In this document: positions 49,312-58,103 of the stretch, one piece after another
How the letters are laid out: each line of letters starts with the position of its first letter
Numbering within the stretch: position 1 is the stretch's first letter
Program-made: the position numbers and the translations under genes
The notes under the pieces: generated by a model
Told to the model about the DNA's origin: nothing
Database searches by the model: none
Seen by the model: only the letters and a program-made list of their open reading frames with translations
NCBI GenBank assembly: GCA_026936335.1
Contig: JAPMXV010000001.1
Span: forward strand, 186,001 to 250,000
Source of the DNA: Mantamonas sphyraenae STR306
Lineage: Eukaryota; Protista; CRuMs
DNA length: 64,000 bases
Direction: 5' to 3'

Positions 49312-51036
49312 TCACCCGAAACCATCTTCGTCTTCCAGACCCAGCACGAGGCCGTCGGCACGAAAGAAACGACCGTGGATGTCTGGTTGGAGATGGGCAG
49401 TGTCCCATGTCCATGGTTGGTTGTCGAGGACGTGTGAGACGTCACCATGGGTGCGTTGGTCCAGCTGGTGGAGCATGAGGCAGTCTTCGTACACAGACGC
49501 GTTCGCCATCATGTCCACATCCATGGACACCAGACGTGTCTCGCCCACACGGATGTCGAAACGGGGAGCTCTGAGTTCGTAGGGCAGGGGGACATGGATT
49601 GTTTGTGTTTGTGCGTCGATGTGTGCACTGTCCGACACTTGAAGGGAGCTGCCGAGGAGAGACGGCAGAAAGAGAACGCCCATCTCAAAGGATGGGACCC
49701 GAAAACGTGCCCCATTGCCCTGCAGCTCGCCCCAGGCAGCCTTGGACATGTTGCACGACGTGAGGATAAGCCAGTCGAGACAGCCATCCTCGTCAAAGGA
49801 GGCACTGCGACGCGAAAAGGTCTTGATGTGTGGTGAGACCCGTGCACGCGAAGACATCAAACGGGAGGATTGGTACTTGCGCAGAATGTTCTGCACACAC
49901 TTGCGTGCCAGGTTCTTGACGGGACCACACAGTGAGTGACCAGCCTCCCATCCAGCAGGCAGGGATTTGCGCACATAGTCGACACTGGGCCACAACACCT
50001 GCATGTTGTACGCCTCCACTCCCATGCTGGAGGCAAAGTCCTTGAGCCAAGGGTCACTGAGAGCACCAAAGGAGGAAACCTGGCAGGTGAGGGTCGCCTG
50101 CGTCGATGCCCGTGGGCCATACTTGCGCAGCAAGGAACGCACACGCAGGTGGCCGTACCTGTGCATGGCGTTGCCCTCATGCAGACCAGGAACACACGCC
50201 ACCAGTGCCACACGCACTTTGCCATAGTCGTAGGCGTCGAGAAAGTCAAGCTCTCCCTCGCCCATGTGCTCAAAGTAGTCCCGCAGCGTGCAGACAAAGT
50301 CCTCCGCCAGTTCTGTGGGTTGACCACCAAATGGATAGTCATTGGACGATGAGGTGGAAGAGGACGACGAGGAAGAGGACGACGATGTCGATGTTGCGTT
50401 GGTGCTGGAAGAGGTTGGCTTGGCAGGGAAATCCTGACACCAGACACCCTGGGATTTGCACGCGTAGTCGATTTCCAGCAGATTGGCTGTGGTGATGGCC
50501 ACGCGGATGTACTGAGGCGTGGCAAGCACCAGCAGCTTGCCGTGATTGGTTCCATACGGGATTGGCATGCGTGCATCGCGCATGGAGACGAGATTTTCGC
50601 GCGTGTGCAACCCCAACTCACGCCACTCGTTCTCGAGATCTTCCAACCGCTCTCCGCGCTCCCCATGCACGAGACTCACGTGCGCTATGCTGCTCTTGCC
50701 GTACAGTGCCTCACATTGTGACACAAACCAAGGAAGATCCACCTTGTATGTTGTCACCACAGCTCGCACCACGGGACCGCCGCGAACTGTGTTGACAAGC
50801 CCAGCCAGCGTCACACACCCTCGGTTGTCCTCCTCCGACGCATGTATCACACGCGTAAGCCTCATTAGGGAGCCCGTGTACACTGTGAAGCGCTTCAGGG
50901 GTACCTGTGCCTTCCTATTGTGTCCATTGTCCACCACCTCCACCCTGCTTCGCTTCCTCTCCACCCCGGCGTCCGTCTCTTCCTCCTCCTCTCGCTCTCT
51001 CTTGCCAGCAGGGCTCGGAGTGACGCTTTCACTCAT
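49312..51036 (-). CDS. TDP1: Tyrosyl-DNA phosphodiesterase 1
   Basis: Two HxK motifs (YGTNHGK, SPHIKTF), TANL, SQGVWCQDFP, SCNMSKAAWG, SFEMGVLF. Confidence 0.94.
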   Translation of the reverse strand: MSESVTPSPAGKREREEEEETDAGVERKRSRVEVVDNGHNRKAQVPLKRFTVYTGSLMRLTRVIHASEEDNRGCVTLAGLVNTVRGGPVVRAVVTTYKVDLPWFVSQCEALYGKSSIAHVSLVHGERGERLEDLENEWRELGLHTRENLVSMRDARMPIPYGTNHGKLLVLATPQYIRVAITTANLLEIDYACKSQGVWCQDFPAKPTSSSTNATSTSSSSSSSSSSTSSSNDYPFGGQPTELAEDFVCTLRDYFEHMGEGELDFLDAYDYGKVRVALVACVPGLHEGNAMHRYGHLRVRSLLRKYGPRASTQATLTCQVSSFGALSDPWLKDFASSMGVEAYNMQVLWPSVDYVRKSLPAGWEAGHSLCGPVKNLARKCVQNILRKYQSSRLMSSRARVSPHIKTFSRRSASFDEDGCLDWLILTSCNMSKAAWGELQGNGARFRVPSFEMGVLFLPSLLGSSLQVSDSAHIDAQTQTIHVPLPYELRAPRFDIRVGETRLVSMDVDMMANASVYEDCLMLHQLDQRTHGDVSHVLDNQPWTWDTAHLQPDIHGRFFRADGLVLGLEDEDGFG

Positions 51037-51248
51037 TGTCAACCTTCACAGCCTGCTTGTCGTTGAGCTGCCCGCGCCGGTGCTTGCAAGCGAAAACCCC
51101 CGTTTGCAACAACCCCCGAGCAGAGTGCGTTGCCCCCAATGTTGCACGTCCATTGAACCACCATCCATCCATTCGTCCCAGAGTCTCTCTCTCCTATTTC
51201 TCACACAAACTGCGCATGCACACTGGCCCTCCCTTTCCCGCACTGCAG

Positions 51249-54200
51249 ATGAACGACGATTTCGAGGCGCTCTACAACTCGGAGGCTCAGGCACGCAGGC
51301 AGCTGCAGCAGACCTTTGACGACACCAAGCGCTCCCTGGAACGTATGTATAGCCCCTCCCGATGTGCCCTGTGCCGTTTGTCCCGTGTGTGAGGCCACGC
51401 GTGTGAAGCTGTGTGTGGCTAACCCATTTTTGGACATGGTGTGTCCGTTGAAATCCCGTGGGGCTGCGCAGGCGACGTGGCAAACCTGAAGACCCAGGCT
51501 GTGGCAGCCGAGGCACGGTACGGTGAGCTGGAGGCGTCATACAACGATCTCAACAAGCGGTTTGAAACGCAGCGCAACACGCTGAACGAGGTGAGTGGAG
51601 CGGGTCGACGCTGGCAAGGGACCGTTGCAAAATAGCAAAATCGTGTGCCCCCCCCCCCCTTGCGGGTGAACCGGGGTTGACCACACACAAGTGGAGAAGC
51701 GGGATTGCAGATGTGTTGCGATGGTGGGACAGTACGGATGTGAGCATGCACAGACTGCACAGGGTTGAGGAACAGGGTTGGAAAAGAGACACGGAGAAGG
51801 AAAAGGGGCCGGATTCGCCGTTGAAAAGTGCTTGCTTGCTTGCTTGCTTGCTTTTGAACACGCAGCTCCGTCGGAGAGGCAGAGAGGCGGAACACTGGCT
51901 CACACACACACGCACACACCCATGCACACCCATGCACGGAAACAACATGCACAGACGCAAACCAAGTTGGATCGGACGATGAAGGAGAACCAGCGGCTGA
52001 ACGAGCGACTGAACGCAGAAACCAAGGGAGCCCTGAGCACGGAGGCAAACATGCGCAACACAAACGCATCGCTGGAGGAGATGACGCAGATGTACGAGAG
52101 TGAGCGCATGGCACGGATCAAGCTGAAGCAGAACATGGACGACACGGTGGCCGATCTGACGAAGAAGTGGGAAGACACCAAGACGAGTCTGCTGGCGACG
52201 ACGAAGCAACTGAACCAGCTGCAGAGCGACCACGGGAAGCTTCAGGAGGCACACCAGCAGATGCGCACGCAGAACAGCGAGTTGACGACGAGCAACACGT
52301 CGCTGAAGGCTGAGAACGAGCGGCTGGAAGGACGGCTGCGCAACGAAACCAAGGCGGCGATGGAGATGGAGGCGGCAAAGGCGATGGGCGACATGAGCAA
52401 CAAGGAGCTGCAGGACATGTACACGACGGAAAAGACTGCGCGTTCGCAACTGAAGCAACAGTACGACGACGTGGTGGCCTCGTTTACGAAGCAGGTGGAC
52501 GATCTCAAGTCGCAGCTGCTGGCAGCACGCAAGGAGAACGACGAACTGTCGCGCAACAACAACAAACTGACGAGCAACAACCAGGAGCTGCGCACGTTCA
52601 ACTCGGAGCTGACGACCAAGAATGACGCACTGACGAGCGACAACAACAAGCTGCGCTCGCAACTGGATCGGGAAACCAAGGGCGCGCTGAACACGGAGGC
52701 CAACATGCGCAACACGAGCACGGCGCTGCAGGACATGACGAACCAGTACAACACGGAGAAGAACGCACGATCGCAGCTGAAGCTGCAGTACGACGATCTG
52801 AAGATGACGTCGGACAAGCGCATCGCGGATCTCAAGGCAAAGCAGGCCAGTCTGCAGAAGGACTACGACGAGCTCAACTCGAACCACGAGAAGCTCACTC
52901 GGAACCACAGCGAACTGAGCACGGCACACAGCGATCTGAACACAAAAGCACCGTGCACTGACGGCGGAAGCAGACAAGCTGCGCTCGCAACTGGATCGGG
53001 AGACAAAGGGAGCCCTGAGCACAGAGGCAGACATGCGCAACACGAGCACGGCACTGCAGGACATGACGAACCAGTACAACACGGAGAAGAACGCACGATC
53101 GCAGCTGAAGCAACAGTACGACGATCTGAAGATGTCGTCGGACAAGCGCATTGCGGATCTCAAGGCACAGCTGAGTTCGCTGCAGAAGCAGCACGACGAG
53201 CTCAACTCGAACCACGACAAGTTGAACCGCAACCACAGCGAACTGAGCACGGCTCACAGCGAGCTGAACACAAAGCACCGTGCACTGACTGCGGAAGCAG
53301 ACAAACTGCGCTCGCAGTTGGATCGGGAAACCAAGGGAGCCCTGAGCACAGAGGCGAACATGCGCAACACGAGCACGGCGCTGCAGGACATGACGAACCA
53401 GTACAACACGGAAAAGAACGCACGCAGCAAGCTGAAGCAACAGTACGACGATCTGAAGATGACGTCGGACAAGCGCATTGCGGATCTCAAGGCACAGCTG
53501 AGTTCGCTGCAGAAGCAGCACGACGACCTGACAAACCAGTACAACAAGCTGAACAACGACCACACGCAGCTGAAGAACCTGCACAGCGACACGAACCTGG
53601 AGCACACCAAGCTGGAAACAAACACGGGCGAGCTGCGCAAGAAGTTTGACCAGACGTCTGCGCTGCTGACGGCAAGCGAGGCACGATGCAACCAGCTGGA
53701 GAAGGAGAACACGCAACTGAAAACGGATCTTCACACGGAGGAGGTTGCGCGAGCGAACCTGATGCAGGAGTACCAGACGACAAAGCAGAAGATGACGGAC
53801 CAGATCAATGCGCTGAAGACCAAGCTGAGTCAGGAGACGAAGGAACGAAACAGTCTGCAGGAGGGCAACGAGAAGCTGAACGCAACGAGCAAGGACATCA
53901 ACAGCCGTAACGCAGGGCTGGTGATGGAGAACAAGCGCCTGACGGACGAAAACACGAGTCTGAACGCAAAGTACGACAGCGAGGTGCAGGAGAATGCGGC
54001 TCTGACGGGCAAGCTGAAGAACACCAAGAACGAACTGAAGCAGACGCGGGCCCTGTTTGAGAGCGAGCAGAAGAACAAAAACGCGGTGGAGAAGGAGCTG
54101 GCGGACACGCGACGCAACCTGGAGGGGAACATCAAGGATTTGCAAACAAAGATGAGCAACCTGAACAAGCAAGTGAGTGCGCTGACGAAGGAAAGGAACA

Positions 54201-54715
54201 AGCTGGAGGCGGCGAACAAGGAGCTGAGCGCAAAGAACGCCACGCTGGCAACAGAGACGCGCACACTGAAGGGACGTGTGCGAGACCTTGACAAGGAGCT
54301 CAACCGGCGGGTGGCAGCTTCCGGAATGGCGGGTTCGTCACGCAGCAGTGCACGCAAGCCGAGGCCACCCTCGCGTACGTCGACGGGACGTCGCAGTGTG
54401 ACAGGCAGCAGCAGCAGCAGCGGCGGTGGCGGTGGCGGTGGCAGCTCGACCACCACCACCACTACCACCACTACCACGGGACGCAAGAAGAGTGCCAGCA
54501 GCACCAAGAGTGGCGGGGACATGGAAGTGATCACAGCCATCCCCAAGGCACCAAGCGGAAGCGGAGGGTCAGGTGGTCGAATCAACGTGAGGGGCTCGAT
54601 GAGCAGCAGCACATCGGACGACGGAACGAAGAAGCGAGTGCCATCCACGCGGCAGTTGCCCAAGATCCAACCACGCCAGACCAAGACGAGTGCCATGCGT
54701 GCGGGTGGACGTTAG
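51249..54715 (+). CDS. Long coiled-coil protein with 109-aa internal repeats (3 exons; +1 A frameshift near 52946)
   Basis: Heptad-rich ORFs 51778-53649 (5' part) and 53033-54715, small upstream GT-AG exons, and a basic Ser/Gly/Thr-rich tail. Confidence 0.75.
51994..53560 (+). repeat. Tandem 327-bp coding repeat, about 5 copies
   Basis: Units start at 51994, 52321, 52648, 52976 and 53303 (x-L-x-x-x-L-x-x-ETK register). Confidence 0.9.
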
Positions 54716-54842
54716 ACAAAGAGAGAGAGAGAAAAGCAGAGAAAGAGAGAGAGACGGAACATCAAACCGACAGAAATGAAAGCCGACAGCACAGAGAAGA
54801 GAGAATGGAGAGCGAGAGAGAGAGAGAAGAGAAAGACCAAAT

Positions 54843-54999
54843 CAAAACGAACCGTCGTTTCCTGCCGTTCCCATGGAGGTGCCAAAACGGGTGCTCCTTC
54901 TGCACACTCCGACACTTGCACAATCTGTTGGCAAGGAATGGGTTCAGGGGTTTTCGTTTGAGCGAACTTTTTCGGGGTTCATTGCGACCCCGGCTTTTT
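54843..54999 (+). ncRNA. Candidate structured RNA (multibranch stem, U-rich linker, 3' hairpin, U-tract), unassigned
   Basis: Nested pairings AAACGAA/TTCGTTT, CCTG/CAGG, CCGTTCC/GGAATGG, GGAG/CTCC and CCGACA/TGTTGG, then AACTTTTT, CGGGGT/ACCCCG and T5. Confidence 0.35.
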
Positions 55000-55126
55000 G
55001 CGGCTGAGATTCACAAGAATGCCATTTTATCCAGTGATATGAATCAATCCTGTACCCCCATCCCCCTTCCCGTTCCCCCTCCCCGCTTCGCCTTCGCCCT
55101 TGCGGTTCCACAACAAGATTCCTCAC

Positions 55127-56668
55127 ATGATGGGCAGTGTCAACATCCGCTTGCATGCCGCTTTGATTGCTTGCTTGATTGCGTGTGCCGTGGCATCCGA
55201 TGTGCAGCCGAAGCTGCTGCGAGGCGAGGCCCTGTGGACCGCGTTGGAAAAAGGCGTGGAGGTGGAAGCTGGAATGCGAGCTTCCGAAGGCGAGCACCGC
55301 TTCCAGGTGGGTGACGAGAACCCGCTCGGCTGGGTGCCGCAGTACAAGGCTACAGTGAAGCCGAACCACCCGGTGGGATTTGCCGGCGAGTGCTTTGCCG
55401 ACATCGACGTGCGTTTGCAGTTCACGCAAGACGGCGTGGACGTGGTTTTTAACGTCAGCGACGCCACCAAGACCATCTGTGACACGGTGTACCTGGTCAC
55501 CACCGACTCGTCGTTCCATCTGAAGCGTCTGGTGTTCAAGGGCGAGCACACCGTGCATATCCGCCGCTGGAAGTCTCCTGCGGAGAAGGAGTACGTGGAA
55601 AGCACGGGCGTGCAAATCTTCATGTTCAAGGAGCACGCGCTGGACTTTGTGCTCAGCGCCTACGAGCTCATCCACATGTTTACAAGCGACAAGAACCAGG
55701 AGCAGCTCATGGAGTTCCTGGAGGAGAAGATGAAGATGCCCTTTGTGCCGCGCAAGGACGACGTGGTCTTCCCAGAGTCGCAGCTGGAGAACGGCCTGTA
55801 CCTGGCCATCATGAAGCTGAACGGCAGCCACGGAGGTGACAACACCATTGAAGGGTGGGCCACGGGTGGTTACACAGGCCATGTGGCGGCAGTGATGCAG
55901 ATGGACAACACCGGGGAGTACTACGTTGTGGAATCCAAGAACCCGCACATCATGATGACCAAGTGGTCAGAGTGGGTGCAGATTGCTCAGGAGACAGGCT
56001 GGCTGGTGGGTGTCCTCAAGCTGACCAAGGAGAACCAGGCCAAGTTCCAGGCCAACCTGACCAAGATCCAAACCTGGGTGCGCAGCGTGCTGGGCAACTC
56101 CTACGGCTACGCCAACTACCTCTTTGGCTGGATCGACGGCGTGCACAACTTCCCGGGCGACGTGACGGTGGAGACCATGGCCACCGCCTTCCAGCTCATC
56201 GATGTCATCAAGCCGGCCACCAGCGACCTGATGTGGGGCCAGGCCCTGAACCATCGCCTGGGCACCAAGGGCCTCAACGTGCCCCAACTCTTTGTGGAGA
56301 TGGCCAAGCGCAACCTGACCTTTGCCGACGTCATTGCCATGCCCGAGAACGACGAGTGGACCTACTCCATTGGTCCCTCTCGCGTCTGCTCCTCCTTCGT
56401 CTCCACCCTGTACAAGCTGGCCGGCGTGCTGGGTCCGGAAATCCAGGCCACCGAGCTTACGCCTCGTGACACGTATTCGGTGCAGATCTTTGATGCCAAC
56501 TGGCAGCGTCCGTCTGCCTGCGCACAGGATGATCTGCCGTACTGCCAGGTTAGCGGCAAGTACATCCTCCATCTGCCCGGGTACAACTCCATTCCCCAAT
56601 ACCCGCACATGTTTGAAAAGTGTGCCACCCAACCCTACCCGTTCACCTATGCCCCGGCACACTGCTGA
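55127..56668 (+). CDS. Secreted protein with a permuted papain-like (NlpC/P60, YiiX/YaeF-type) domain
   Basis: Signal peptide. His in TGHVAAV with YVVES, GNSYGY, Cys in RVCSSFV...YKLAG, and ELTPRD. Confidence 0.7.
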   Translation: MMGSVNIRLHAALIACLIACAVASDVQPKLLRGEALWTALEKGVEVEAGMRASEGEHRFQVGDENPLGWVPQYKATVKPNHPVGFAGECFADIDVRLQFTQDGVDVVFNVSDATKTICDTVYLVTTDSSFHLKRLVFKGEHTVHIRRWKSPAEKEYVESTGVQIFMFKEHALDFVLSAYELIHMFTSDKNQEQLMEFLEEKMKMPFVPRKDDVVFPESQLENGLYLAIMKLNGSHGGDNTIEGWATGGYTGHVAAVMQMDNTGEYYVVESKNPHIMMTKWSEWVQIAQETGWLVGVLKLTKENQAKFQANLTKIQTWVRSVLGNSYGYANYLFGWIDGVHNFPGDVTVETMATAFQLIDVIKPATSDLMWGQALNHRLGTKGLNVPQLFVEMAKRNLTFADVIAMPENDEWTYSIGPSRVCSSFVSTLYKLAGVLGPEIQATELTPRDTYSVQIFDANWQRPSACAQDDLPYCQVSGKYILHLPGYNSIPQYPHMFEKCATQPYPFTYAPAHC

Positions 56669-56930
56669 TCACCTGTGTGCGTGTGTGAGTGAGTGCGTGC
56701 CGAGAAACGAAATGGAAGAAAGCCATGGCTCAATCAAGCTGGTTCATCAATGGCCATCCAACTTGTGTGTCAAAGTGTGTGTGTGTGTGTGTGTGTGCGG
56801 GGCCAAGTGGAAGACAAAGAGCGAGCGAGAGAGTCGGCGTTGGGGTGTTTGGAGAAGCAGCGAGTGGGATGGTGGATGCTGGCAACAGCAAGAAACGCAA
56901 AGGGAAGGCGTGTTGACTGTGTGGTCGATG

Positions 56931-58037
56931 TGTCTTCTTATTGGTTGGGCCCCAGCAGGTATTGCAGCTTCTGAAACACGCTATCCTTCTCCTGCTCGTA
57001 TGGCTTGTCCTTCGACGGTACCTCCAGAATGGACGGCAGTGGCTTGTCATACTCATCCACCAGATGTCGGATCTCATCCGCCACATGCTGGTTGATCACA
57101 AGGATCGACACATCCTCACGCGTCGTAAACGTCCTCCACGCACTCTCAATCTCCTCCACTGTTGTCTCTGTGTGCGTCCATTGTGGTTGCATCCATGCGT
57201 GTGTGTCCAGTGTGGCCGGTGTTTGTGTCAGTGCCCTTCTCCCACTCTTCTATCCTTCAGACCAGCCCCTTGTGGGCATGCACACCATGCTCAACCCCCC
57301 CCCCCTACACAACCCCACACACCACACATCGTCAACAATGGCCCATGATTCCCACCACACACAACCATCCTCCCCATCTGTCTCCTTTCCAATCCAACTC
57401 TCCCCTCCCCTCCGCCTCTCCTCTGCACACACTTCTCCCATCCACGCTGCTGCTTCCCGTCTGCCCCTTTGCCCTCCCCCCGGCAACCTTCCTCTCCCTT
57501 CCTCCCCTCTTCCTCCTCCTCCTCCTCCTCCATCCATTGCCTAGCCCTTCCACACACCATCTCCTCTCTCTCCCATCCCTCCCCTCCCCCTCCCCAACCC
57601 TTCTTTCCAACAGCGTTTCACTGCACTCCGTCCTCTCTTCCCAATCTCTCCACCTCCTCCTTCCCACACCCACATGCACACCGCCCGTTCTCCTCCCACA
57701 CATCTCCCATACACAACCAATCCCATCCACACCGTCCCCATTCCCCACCCCTTCGCTCCCCTCAACCCCAGGCCAACGCAGAAACCTACTGCTGGTCACA
57801 ATCAGGTAGTTCGCCTTGTTCTTCAAGTCCCGGTCACCCACTCCAGCCAGCAGGAACCCTGTGATGGTGTCTTCGTCACAGATCATGCTGATCAGCGACA
57901 GTTCGCCCTCACGCTTCTGCAACATCTGTTTTGCACTCATCCTTGTGTGTGGTGGAGATTTGCCCTGCCTCCTCCATCGCTCACTTTCATCATCCCACAC
58001 CCATCCCATTCCACCCACCCGTTCCATTCCCAATCCA
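56931..58037 (-). repeat. Inverted repeat arm 2 (~1.1 kb)
   Basis: Reverse complement of 48142-49247 with scattered substitutions and small indels. Confidence 0.95.
56938..57940 (-). CDS. ATP6V1F: V-type ATPase subunit F, copy 2
   Basis: Same translated exons as copy 1, on the opposite strand. Confidence 0.95.
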
Positions 58038-58103
58038 TCCCTGTTCGTTGATTCCAACACCCACCGCCGTTCCTCCAGCCGCAACAACTCAACGCCAACC
58101 ACC

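Noticed and set aside
51994-53560. Possible CRISPR or mobile repeat array
   Set aside because: In-frame coding repeats with no repeat-spacer structure.
9279-57940. Functional V-ATPase gene cluster (TMEM199 plus 2x ATP6V1F)
   Set aside because: The genes are about 38 kb apart with unrelated genes between them; likely coincidence.
48142-58037. Composite transposon with long terminal inverted repeats
   Set aside because: The arms are a housekeeping gene; no transposase or target-site duplication is seen.
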